A stretch of 34,341 nt of DNA from a virus (taxonomy: Duplodnaviria; Caudoviricetes). Where the stretch lies: the IMG/VR virus record IMGVR_UViG_3300012667_000215, positions 1-34,341 of that record; one strand, written 5' to 3'. Numbering within the stretch: position 1 is the stretch's first letter; each line of letters opens with the position of its first letter. A model generated the notes under the pieces. The model was not told the origin of the DNA, ran no database searches, and saw only the letters and a program-made list of their open reading frames with translations. Positions 15,466 through 23,865 of this stretch are shown here, piece by piece. The position numbers and the translations under genes were made by a program.

Positions 15466-16017
15466 ATGAGAAAAGGATTTAACTTTTATCGCAGCTATTT
15501 TGAAGTAGCAATGGAATTAAAAGATGCTGAATTTATAGCATTTATTAAAGCACTACTTCAGAAACAATTTAATGGAATAGAACCAACCGATTTAAAAGGT
15601 ATGGCAAAGTTTGCATACTTAAGCCAAAAGTTTAGTATAGATAGCCAAGTGCTTGGTTATGAAACTAAAACTAAAGAAAAACTAACCCCTACCGAAGGGG
15701 GTATCATAGGGGCTATTGAAGGGGCTTCGGTACAAGAGAAAGAGAAAGAGAAAGAGAAAGAGAAAGAGAAAGTACAATTAAGTAAAATTTTATTTATTGA
15801 TTCTAATTTATTTGATAAATATATTTTTAAATCTGAATTTCCTGATTGGAATAAAGAAAAATTAAATTACTATTATGAAGCAGCAGTTGCTTATTCAAAT
15901 GAAGGTAATAAATATTTAAATTGGAAATCTGCAATAAGTAACTGGGCAAGGAGAGATGAAGCAACAGGTAAAATAAAATTTGAAACTAAAATAGCTGAAA
16001 AAAATATTATATGGTAA
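15466..16017 (+). CDS. Replication initiator / replisome organiser (DUF6291-like N-terminus)
   Basis: MRKGFNFYRSY N-terminus, internal repeats, EK linker, C-terminal NWKSAISNW; immediately upstream of the helicase. Confidence 0.7.
   Translation: MRKGFNFYRSYFEVAMELKDAEFIAFIKALLQKQFNGIEPTDLKGMAKFAYLSQKFSIDSQVLGYETKTKEKLTPTEGGIIGAIEGASVQEKEKEKEKEKEKVQLSKILFIDSNLFDKYIFKSEFPDWNKEKLNYYYEAAVAYSNEGNKYLNWKSAISNWARRDEATGKIKFETKIAEKNIIW
15690..15771. repeat. Putative origin: three 12-bp iteron-like repeats, an 8-bp inverted repeat and (GAGAAA)6
   Basis: TACCGAAGGGGG / TATCATAGGGGC / TATTGAAGGGGC at 15690-15725; TACCGAAG...CTTCGGTA; GAGAAA x6 at 15736-15771. Confidence 0.55.
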
Positions 16018-16982
16018 ACATCTTAAAAATACACGACAAAAAAGTAGATTCGGAGTTTATGGATTTATACCAAAATGGAATGAGAGCAGGTCACTATATA
16101 GGATTTGAAGGTGCAAGAAACCATTATAACTTAAGACTTGGTAATACTACTATTTTGTACGGACACCCAACATCAGGTAAGTCACAATTTATGTATCAAC
16201 TACTAATTTCAATGGTTGTAAATTACGAAATGCGACCAATAATCTATTCACCTGAAACAGGAACTGCTGCTGAAATATATTGCGAACTTATCCATTGTCT
16301 TACTGGTAAATCTATGAACAAAGCACACAAAAACTATATTAGCGAAAAAGAATTATACAACGCAAAGGCATTTGTGCAAGAGTATTTCACAGTTATTGAA
16401 GGAAACGATGAAGCAGGTATTAGTTTTGAACAATGGTTTGAGATTGTTAAAGAAGCAAAGAAACTTTATAATTGCAATTTGGCAGTGATAGATAATTGGA
16501 ATGACCTTGACCATAACTTAAAAGAAAAAGGAAACGGATTAATATCCGAATACTTAAAGTATGCTTTGCCAAAGTGGAATAGGTTTGCGAAGTATCACAA
16601 CATCCACAACATAATGGTTTGCCACGCAAGAAACCCTACTGTTGAAAAAGGAGAACAATTCCCACGTGCGCCAAGACCTGATGAAATAGAAGGTGGAAGT
16701 GTTTGGTATGCAAAAGCACAATCACTTATCTGCATCCATCGTAACTACATAGAGCATAATGGTAACTTTATACAATCAAACATAGTGGACATAGACATTA
16801 GGAAAGCTAAACCAAAGATTGTAGGAACTAAAGGCAGGTTTGCACTTGGATTTGACCTTATTAAGAATGCTTACTACGAAGAATTTGAAGGATATCAACG
16901 ATATATACCAACACCATTTAATAACATAGATAATAATAAAAGTAAAGTAGATTCATTTTATCAAAACAATATTCCATTCTAA
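16011..16982 (+). CDS. SF4 (DnaB/Twinkle-like) replicative helicase
   Basis: Walker A GHPTSGKS, YSPE, Walker B AVIDNWN, H...P...EIEGGSVW..KA, KAK. Confidence 0.85.
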   Translation: MVNILKIHDKKVDSEFMDLYQNGMRAGHYIGFEGARNHYNLRLGNTTILYGHPTSGKSQFMYQLLISMVVNYEMRPIIYSPETGTAAEIYCELIHCLTGKSMNKAHKNYISEKELYNAKAFVQEYFTVIEGNDEAGISFEQWFEIVKEAKKLYNCNLAVIDNWNDLDHNLKEKGNGLISEYLKYALPKWNRFAKYHNIHNIMVCHARNPTVEKGEQFPRAPRPDEIEGGSVWYAKAQSLICIHRNYIEHNGNFIQSNIVDIDIRKAKPKIVGTKGRFALGFDLIKNAYYEEFEGYQRYIPTPFNNIDNNKSKVDSFYQNNIPF

Positions 16983-17377
16983 TGAAATTTAACGAATACA
17001 AAGCAATTCAAAACATAAGAACAATTGAGTACAAGAACTTATTGGTAGAAATTAATAAATATTTCTCACTATTTGGTTCAGATGAATACAATAAAGATTT
17101 ATTCTTTGATTTTTGGGAGTTTAATGCGTTTATAGAGCAGTTTGAACTTAAAGTGATAAAGTTACAAGGGACACAAAAAGAAAACGGTTTAAAGCACCTT
17201 GAAACACTTTATAGAATGCAAGAGTTTAACGCAAGAGTTTTCGCAAAGTTTAATTACGAGAATGTTTTGTATCGTTCTAAATCTAAACGATTACAAAAAG
17301 AGCAGTTCGTATTTATTGACAGGATAGCTGAACTTGAAAAAAAAGTAGAAATTTTAAATAAAATAGATAAATTATAA
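16982..17377 (+). CDS. Hypothetical helical protein
   Basis: 131 aa, TAATG-coupled to the helicase. Confidence 0.6.
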   Translation: MKFNEYKAIQNIRTIEYKNLLVEINKYFSLFGSDEYNKDLFFDFWEFNAFIEQFELKVIKLQGTQKENGLKHLETLYRMQEFNARVFAKFNYENVLYRSKSKRLQKEQFVFIDRIAELEKKVEILNKIDKL

Positions 17378-17380
17378 ATT

Positions 17381-17482
17381 ATGAAAATAACAAACGAAGA
17401 CAATATGCTTTTAATGGCTCGTTACCCTGATAAGTATTTTGATTTAGCTATTGTTTTATTGAAAATAAATACGCACATTTGA
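17381..17482 (+). pseudogene. Truncated 5' remnant of a DNA methyltransferase (25 MTase codons, then 8 unrelated codons and TGA)
   Basis: MKITNEDNMLLMARYPDKYFDLAIV aligns at 14/23 identity with the N-terminus of 17935-18558 and breaks exactly before DPPY. Confidence 0.85.
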
Positions 17483-18027
17483 CGTATGGAAAATATAACA
17501 GATATGCAAATTGGGAAAGCTGGTGAGTATCTAGTTTGCGCAGAATTAATTATGATGGGGTTTATAGCATATCCATCTGAACAGGGACTACCTTATGATA
17601 TTGTTTTAGATTATAATGGTAAATTACTAAAAGGTCAAGTAAAAACAACAAGAGGATTAAGAAACGTTTTACAACGTAAAAATCCAACTAAAGCATATCA
17701 ATTTAATATAAAAAGATGTGGTAAAAAAAATAAACAACAACACACTAATGATTCAGTTGATTTTTTTGCTTTAGTCGCTTTAGATACTAAACAAGTTGGA
17801 TTTATGCTAAATGAAGATGTTAAACAAACAATGGCTTTTAGACCTGATTCTTTAAAGGGAACTTATAAAGATGAAAACACAAACAGACAAACAACAGGTA
17901 CTTATTTATCAGACTTAACTTTAGAAAAAATACTATGCAAATTACAGACAAAATAGCCATCACTAATGAAGACTGTATGGACTTATTAAGACGTACGCCT
18001 GATAATTTTTACGACCTTGCGATTTGC
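17456..18027 (+). mobile_element. Putative homing cassette: endonuclease gene plus replacement MTase 5' end
   Basis: Removing 17456-18027 joins ...DLAIV to DPPYG in frame, giving a normal methylase. Confidence 0.65.
17486..17956 (+). CDS. PD-(D/E)XK endonuclease of the group-I-intron-associated (I-Ssp6803I-like) type
   Basis: G..GE..V...L...G, PYDIVLD, QVKT, VDFFALV motifs. Confidence 0.8.
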   Translation: MENITDMQIGKAGEYLVCAELIMMGFIAYPSEQGLPYDIVLDYNGKLLKGQVKTTRGLRNVLQRKNPTKAYQFNIKRCGKKNKQQHTNDSVDFFALVALDTKQVGFMLNEDVKQTMAFRPDSLKGTYKDENTNRQTTGTYLSDLTLEKILCKLQTK

Positions 18028-18558
18028 GACCCGCCTTATGGTTTAGGGGATAGTGTAGTTAATAGCGGTGGTCGATTTAAAAGGTATCATAATAAAAATG
18101 GTAATTGGGACAATTCAATACCAAGTGATAAATACTTTGAAGAATTGTTTAGAGTTTCAAAAAATCAAATTATTTGGGGTGGCAATTACTTTGATTTACC
18201 TAAAAATAAATGTTTTGTAATTTGGGATAAACAACAACCTGAAGATGTTTCTTTTGCTATGTGCGAGTATGCTTGGGCTTCTTTTGATAGTGTTGCAAAG
18301 ATATTTAAGAAAAGAACTCAAGGGCAAGAAAATAGATTTCATCCTACGCAAAAACCAATATATCTTTATAATTTTTTATTAAAACACTTTGCTAAACAAG
18401 GAGATAAAATACTTGACACGCATTTAGGAAGTGGAAGTATTGCTATCGCCTGTTACGATTACGGATTTGATTTAACTGCTTGTGAACTTGACAAAGAATA
18501 TTTTGATAAAGCAATGGAACGAATTAACAACCATAAACTTCAACAAAGACTATTTTAA
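17935..18558 (+). CDS. N6-adenine / N4-cytosine DNA methyltransferase (beta class)
   Basis: DPPYG, IIWGGNYF, HPTQKP, DTHLGSGS, CELD motifs. Confidence 0.92.
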   Translation: MQITDKIAITNEDCMDLLRRTPDNFYDLAICDPPYGLGDSVVNSGGRFKRYHNKNGNWDNSIPSDKYFEELFRVSKNQIIWGGNYFDLPKNKCFVIWDKQQPEDVSFAMCEYAWASFDSVAKIFKKRTQGQENRFHPTQKPIYLYNFLLKHFAKQGDKILDTHLGSGSIAIACYDYGFDLTACELDKEYFDKAMERINNHKLQQRLF

Positions 18559-18629
18559 TAAAGTTGATAATTTGTTGAATACTTAAAAAACAATAGCGTA
18601 AACTTTGCATCGCCAATAATGGTAACAAT

Positions 18630-19121
18630 TTGGAACGCATTGAAATAGTAAATGAAATTTTAAATAACCCTGCATACCTTGATACCTGCCGAAAGTTAGA
18701 CTCAAGTTATAGCGATGATATTTACCAAGAAGTAATTGAACAGATATTAACTATTCCTGCTGAACGTTTGCCCACTTTAAATTATTTACAGTTCTGGTAT
18801 TATTGTGTAGCTAAAAACATTATATCACGTAATGGCAAATTAGGAAAGCTATTCTCAAAAGAAATTCCAATGGATGAATTTATGGAATCAGAATCCGAAA
18901 GAATTATTGATGATAGCGATTTAGACTTTAAAAAAATTGAAAACTTTATGCTTGGATGTACAGAGTTTGAAAATAGAATCGTGTTACTATATGCCGAACA
19001 TAAATCAATGCGAAAGATTAGTAAAATAACTGGCATTAGTTATTCAGCATTACGTTCCGTAAAAGAAAAAATAAAAAAATTTGCAAATGAAAATCCTTGT
19101 TATAATTCCGAGTTATCCTAA
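18630..19121 (+). CDS. Phage-encoded ECF/sigma70-like factor (TTG start)
   Basis: Region-2-like DDIYQEVI and region-4 HTH SMRKISKITGISYSAL..VK..IK. Confidence 0.7.
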   Translation: MERIEIVNEILNNPAYLDTCRKLDSSYSDDIYQEVIEQILTIPAERLPTLNYLQFWYYCVAKNIISRNGKLGKLFSKEIPMDEFMESESERIIDDSDLDFKKIENFMLGCTEFENRIVLLYAEHKSMRKISKITGISYSALRSVKEKIKKFANENPCYNSELS

Positions 19122-20154
19122 CATAAGTGGTGTAGACTATCACCGATTACTGCAACCACATAAACGAATGGCAGAAATGTTTATTAAAGATGTGGATATG
19201 TACCAAATTAATGAAATAGACAGCGCAACAATAGAGTTCTTGCAAGGCTTTGATTTGGTAATAGCAAACCGATTTATATCAAGGGTAAAAGGAAACGATG
19301 TAATAAGAAAGTTAAAGGATGCTAACGTGCCATATGTATTAGATATTGATGATGATTACAGATTACCTAATTGGCATATATTACAAGCAGCAGCAAAGCA
19401 AGAAAACCACGCGGAAAAGATATTACAAGCATTACATTACGCAAAAGCAATAACTACAACACACGAATATTTAAGTGGAACTTTAAAGTACGAAGCAAGT
19501 CAGCCTAATGCTTTTGAAATACCTAATGCAATTAATCCTAAAGAAGACCAGTACAAGTTTACTAAAAGAGAACTTGATGTAGTTAAGTTTGGTTGGAGTG
19601 GTTCAATTACACACTTTGAAGATGTGTTACTAATGCACGATGGATTATATTCATTGTATAACCAAGAACATTTAAAAGATAAATTTCAAGTAGTTTATGG
19701 TGGATTCAGCAAAGATGATGAAACATCAAGAGCAATTGCAGGAGTTATGTCTTGTAAGGGCAAAGCAAGTGAATCACAGTTTGCAACGTACCCAAGTGTA
19801 AGCATAAACGAATATGCAAAGTTTTACGACACAATAGATGTTTCCCTTATACCTTTACGAGATAACCGATTCAACAAGCTAAAATCAAACCTAAAACTAA
19901 TTGAAAGTGGTTTTAAAAAGAAAGCCTGCATAGTTTCAAATGTTCATCCCTATGAACCAATGTTGAATCACGGAAAAAATTGTTTAGTAGTAAAGCATAA
20001 GAATGATTGGTATAAACATATGGTGAAACTAATTGAAAATCCTGCAATGATTGAGGATTTAAGCGAGCAATTATATTTAGATGTACAAGTTCAACACATT
20101 GATAGAATAGCTAAAGCACGTTACAAAGCATATAAACAAATTTTAGAATTATGA
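19087..20154 (+). CDS. GT-B fold glycosyltransferase (GT4-like); ATG 19087 preferred over TTG 19081
   Basis: SGVDYHRL..PH, DIDD, IPNAI, GWSGS.TH..D, DVSLIPL..N.FN.LKSNLKLIE. Confidence 0.85.
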   Translation: MKILVIIPSYPNISGVDYHRLLQPHKRMAEMFIKDVDMYQINEIDSATIEFLQGFDLVIANRFISRVKGNDVIRKLKDANVPYVLDIDDDYRLPNWHILQAAAKQENHAEKILQALHYAKAITTTHEYLSGTLKYEASQPNAFEIPNAINPKEDQYKFTKRELDVVKFGWSGSITHFEDVLLMHDGLYSLYNQEHLKDKFQVVYGGFSKDDETSRAIAGVMSCKGKASESQFATYPSVSINEYAKFYDTIDVSLIPLRDNRFNKLKSNLKLIESGFKKKACIVSNVHPYEPMLNHGKNCLVVKHKNDWYKHMVKLIENPAMIEDLSEQLYLDVQVQHIDRIAKARYKAYKQILEL

Positions 20155-20390
20155 TAGATTTAATATTTTACTGCATAGGAATCTCTATGCTATTTACTTC
20201 ATTTTTTAGTTTAACTCAACTCCCAACGTGGTTGGATTTTAAGCCATTTAATTGTAATGTGTGCTTATCTTTTTGGATTTGTGTAATATCTATTCAATTT
20301 GATTTAATTCACTACACACAAGCATTTGCCATAGCAGGCTACGCAGCCTATTTTTCAATGATACTTAAAAGAATAATGTATAAAATATGA
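20151..20390 (+). CDS. Small membrane protein with CxxC (DUF1360-like)
   Basis: KPFNCNVCLSFW flanked by hydrophobic segments. Confidence 0.6.
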   Translation: MIDLIFYCIGISMLFTSFFSLTQLPTWLDFKPFNCNVCLSFWICVISIQFDLIHYTQAFAIAGYAAYFSMILKRIMYKI

Positions 20391-20647
20391 GAAACTTTGA
20401 TGAAATATATTTTGCAATGAAAAAAAAGGGAGATAACCGATTCAGCCTTTTAGAATTACTAAAAATATTTGATAATGAAACAAGTTGGGTTGGAACTTCT
20501 CAACAGCTATTAGAAATTAAATCATTAAGCCACGAGGTTACAGGTATGAGAAGTGGCGATTGTTCTGCTTGTAATTTAGATGCAGTTAAAAATATGGTTA
20601 GGTGGGTAAAGCAAAACGAACCTAATATAAAAATAAAGAAAAAATAA
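20387..20647 (+). CDS. Hypothetical protein with CxxC
   Basis: GDCSAC motif; ATGA-coupled. Confidence 0.6.
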   Translation: MRNFDEIYFAMKKKGDNRFSLLELLKIFDNETSWVGTSQQLLEIKSLSHEVTGMRSGDCSACNLDAVKNMVRWVKQNEPNIKIKKK

Positions 20648-21408
20648 TGGCATTAATTGCAATGGCTGTGTATGACACAGAAGAAAACGGAAGAACCAAA
20701 TACACAAAAGAAACTTTAGATAGTTTAATTGATACAGTTGACCAAAATAAACACCGAATTATTATAGTTGACAATAATAGTTGTGAGGAAACTAAAAGAT
20801 TACTTGTTGCATATTATCATTTAGGAATACAAATAATAACCAATAAAGAAAACGTAGGAACTGCAAAAGCAATTAACCAAGCATGGGCATATCGCAAACC
20901 AAACGAAGTAGTTATTAAGATGGATAACGATGTTGTAATAAATAACTATGGTTGGGTAGAAGAAATGGAACTTGCAATGAAACTCGGTGGCTATGGAATA
21001 TTAGGTTTAAAACGTAAAGACTTAATGCAGTCACCAAATGCAAGTAACCATTGGAAAACTGAACTAAAAATGTTACCACACGAGAAAGGCGATAACTGGG
21101 TAGTAGTAGAAGAAAGTGCAGATATAATGGGAACAGTGCAAATGTTTCACCCTGAATTAATAAATAAAATGGGTGGATTAATGCAAGCAGGAGTATATGG
21201 ATTTGATGATACATTAGCTTGTATTAGAGCAATACTATTAGGCTATAAATTAGCATTCCTGCCACATATAGACATTGAACATATTGATGTTGGTGGCGAT
21301 GCATACACTGAATGGAAACGAAAATATGCAGGAGAGAAAATGGAAGAATTTTATAAAATCAAAGATGGATTAATAAATGGCACAATACCAATAAAAGTAA
21401 ATTTATGA
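20647..21408 (+). CDS. GT2-family glycosyltransferase
   Basis: IIIVDNNS, N.G.AKAIN.A, MDND (DxD), YGFDD. Confidence 0.88.
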   Translation: MALIAMAVYDTEENGRTKYTKETLDSLIDTVDQNKHRIIIVDNNSCEETKRLLVAYYHLGIQIITNKENVGTAKAINQAWAYRKPNEVVIKMDNDVVINNYGWVEEMELAMKLGGYGILGLKRKDLMQSPNASNHWKTELKMLPHEKGDNWVVVEESADIMGTVQMFHPELINKMGGLMQAGVYGFDDTLACIRAILLGYKLAFLPHIDIEHIDVGGDAYTEWKRKYAGEKMEEFYKIKDGLINGTIPIKVNL

Positions 21409-22040
21409 TAGTATTAACAGTAGCAGATAACAGAAGCAAATGTTTTCAGTTAGAAAGAAGTTTAAATCACTTTGGTTGGCAGTATCATATAATTGAAGTA
21501 AACCAATGGCAAGGATTTGGAATGAAGTTAAATAGAACCTATGAATACTTAAAAGCAAACCCAAACATTAAAGACTTTATATTTGTAGATGCATACGATA
21601 CATTCTTTTTAGATACACCTGCAAACACTAAACGTAAGATATATTGGAACTGCTTATTTAATTCAGAAGTAAACTGCTGGCCTGACATTGACCAAACACA
21701 AAAATATGAGGAACGTGAACAGTACACAAAACCAAACACAAAGTTTAGATTCTTAAATAGTGGTGCTTATTATATGCAGGCAGAAACCTTTATAAAACTA
21801 ATAGACAAGCAAAGCATACACGACAGCGAAGATGACCAAAGAGTAGCAACTAAATGGCTATTAGACAATCCAAGCATAGGTATAGACCACGAGTGTAGAG
21901 TATTTCAAACATTGTGTGGAATATTGCCAACTGATTACAAAATAGAAAACAATATATTTATAACTAAAGATAACTTTAAACCAACTATAATTCACGGCAA
22001 TGGCAAAGCAGATATGAATTTTATATACGAACTAATATGA
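21405..22040 (+). CDS. PLOD/LH3-like glycosyltransferase domain protein
   Basis: FVDAYD, SEVNCWP, RFLNSG, EDDQ, D.ECRVFQ.L and IIHGNG parallel the PLOD3 GT-domain motifs. Confidence 0.8.
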   Translation: MIVLTVADNRSKCFQLERSLNHFGWQYHIIEVNQWQGFGMKLNRTYEYLKANPNIKDFIFVDAYDTFFLDTPANTKRKIYWNCLFNSEVNCWPDIDQTQKYEEREQYTKPNTKFRFLNSGAYYMQAETFIKLIDKQSIHDSEDDQRVATKWLLDNPSIGIDHECRVFQTLCGILPTDYKIENNIFITKDNFKPTIIHGNGKADMNFIYELI

Positions 22041-22267
22041 TAAAAGAATACATAAACCATCCACAACATTATGGAGGCATAGACAACACTTTTGAACCGA
22101 TAAAGGTAATAGAACACTATGACTTAAACTTTATGCTCGGAAACAGCATCAAATACATATTACGTGCAGGAAAAAAGGATGATAAAATACAAGATTTAGA
22201 AAAAGCATTATTCTACTTGCAAAGAGAAATAAATAATTTAAAGTCAAAAAATACACAAATCCAATAA
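22037..22267 (+). CDS. DUF3310 (SaV-like) protein
   Basis: INHPQHY...E.I.VIE...F.LGN.IKY..RAGKK....DLEKA.FYL. Confidence 0.9.
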   Translation: MIKEYINHPQHYGGIDNTFEPIKVIEHYDLNFMLGNSIKYILRAGKKDDKIQDLEKALFYLQREINNLKSKNTQIQ

Positions 22268-22301
22268 AACCGTTTGTCTACATGATGAGCAAATCGCATT
22301 T

Positions 22302-23492
22302 ATGAAAATAGAAACAGTAAAAATAAGCGCAGTAAAAAGCAATCCAAATAACCCAAGAATTATTAAAGATGACAAATTTAAAAAACTTGTAACATCAATA
22401 AAAGAATTTCCACAAATGTTGGATATAAGACCAATAGTGGTTAATGATGAAATGATAGTGCTTGGTGGCAATATGCGATTAAAGGCTTGTATTGAAGCAG
22501 GTTTAAAAGAAGTATCAATAATCAAAGCAAGTGAATTGACACCAGAGCAACAAAACGAATTTATAATAAAAGACAATGTAGGCTTTGGTGAATGGAATTG
22601 GGATGACTTGGCTAACAGTTGGGATACAGAACAATTAACTGAATGGGGATTAGATATACCTAACTTTGAAGTAACTAATTTAGAAGCTGAAGAAGATGAC
22701 TTTGAAGCACCTGAAGATGGAATTGAAACAGATATAGTATTAGGGGATTTATTTGAGATTGGAGAACATAGATTGCTTTGTGGGGATAGTACGGATTCGG
22801 ATTCAGTTGCTAAACTTATGAATGGAGAAAAGGCAGATATGGTATTTACAGACCCTCCTTATGGAGTTAGTGCAAGTGGTGGCAGGTCACAAACAGTTGA
22901 AAGAGATAATATTAAAAAGATTGAAAATGATAATTTAAGGGGTAATGAATTAAAGCAATTTATTAGTGATGCTTTATCAATTATGCCAATTAAAGAATCA
23001 GGAAGTTTTTATGTATGCTATGATCAAAAAACACAAGTTGAATTTATAAGTGCAATAAAAGAAAACAATTGGAATTTCAAAAGAACTTTAATATGGAATA
23101 AAAATGTTTTTGGATTAAGTGGCAAAAAAGGATATAGACCAAAATATGAATTAATAGCTTTCGGTTGCATTGGTGAAGATTATAAATGGTTTGGGGATAA
23201 TGCACAAGCAGATGTAATTGATGTTGCAAGACCAAGAGAAAGAGAAGGAAACCACCCAACACCAAAACCAATTGAATTAATAGAAGTTGCATTAAAGAAT
23301 AGTAGTGAAGTTGGCAATTTAATTACAGACTCTTTTTTAGGCTCAGGAAGTACAATGGTAGCATCTCACCAACTTAAACGCAAATGCTACGGAATGGAAC
23401 TTGACCCAAAATACTGCCAAGTAATAATAGACAGAATGAAAAAATTAGACCCTACATTAATAATAAAACGAAATGGCATACGACAAGACTAA
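22302..23492 (+). CDS. ParB-like N-terminal domain fused to DNA methyltransferase
   Basis: NPNNPR.I, LGGNMRL, DN...GEW; HRLLCGDST, TDPPY, HPTPKP, FLGSGST, ELDP.Y. Confidence 0.9.
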   Translation: MKIETVKISAVKSNPNNPRIIKDDKFKKLVTSIKEFPQMLDIRPIVVNDEMIVLGGNMRLKACIEAGLKEVSIIKASELTPEQQNEFIIKDNVGFGEWNWDDLANSWDTEQLTEWGLDIPNFEVTNLEAEEDDFEAPEDGIETDIVLGDLFEIGEHRLLCGDSTDSDSVAKLMNGEKADMVFTDPPYGVSASGGRSQTVERDNIKKIENDNLRGNELKQFISDALSIMPIKESGSFYVCYDQKTQVEFISAIKENNWNFKRTLIWNKNVFGLSGKKGYRPKYELIAFGCIGEDYKWFGDNAQADVIDVARPREREGNHPTPKPIELIEVALKNSSEVGNLITDSFLGSGSTMVASHQLKRKCYGMELDPKYCQVIIDRMKKLDPTLIIKRNGIRQD

Positions 23493-23865
23493 AATATTCG
23501 AACAAGCAAAAGAAGCAATAGTAAAACATAAACTATTCTTTGTTGAAGATATAGTTGCATTCTTACCAATAGCAAAGAAAACATTTTATGAATACTACCC
23601 AATTGATAGTAACGAATGTAACGAGCTAAAAGGATTACTTGAAATTAATCGCACAACACTTAAAGTATCAATGCGTTCTAAATGGTACACATCAAATGCA
23701 CCTGCTTTGCAAATGGCATTAATGAAATTAATCGCAACACCTGAAGAACTTAAAAAGCTATCAATGACATTTGTTGAAAGTGAAAACACAAACAGAAATG
23801 AGAACTTTGATATAAGTAAACTATATGATAGCAAGGCACAAACCGATTTGGAATCAACTGAATAA
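23473..23865 (+). CDS. terS: Probable terminase small subunit
   Basis: 130 aa with HTH-like KKTFY, overlapping and directly upstream of TerL. Confidence 0.65.
   Translation: MAYDKTKIFEQAKEAIVKHKLFFVEDIVAFLPIAKKTFYEYYPIDSNECNELKGLLEINRTTLKVSMRSKWYTSNAPALQMALMKLIATPEELKKLSMTFVESENTNRNENFDISKLYDSKAQTDLESTE

Noticed and set aside
15736-15771. (GAGAAA)6 as a phase-variable microsatellite
   Set aside because: The unit is in frame (EK linker) and such tracts are common in phage initiators; a length change would not switch expression.
17456-18027. Group I intron or intein interrupting the methylase
   Set aside because: Only 30 nt lie outside ORFs, too little for a ribozyme core; there are stops and a frame change with no intein motifs; and the downstream methylase has its own complete N-terminus.
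17486-18558. Ordinary type II restriction-modification pair
   Set aside because: Disfavoured rather than excluded: the nuclease resembles the homing-type family, and the upstream remnant breaking exactly at DPPY indicates insertion into a pre-existing methylase.
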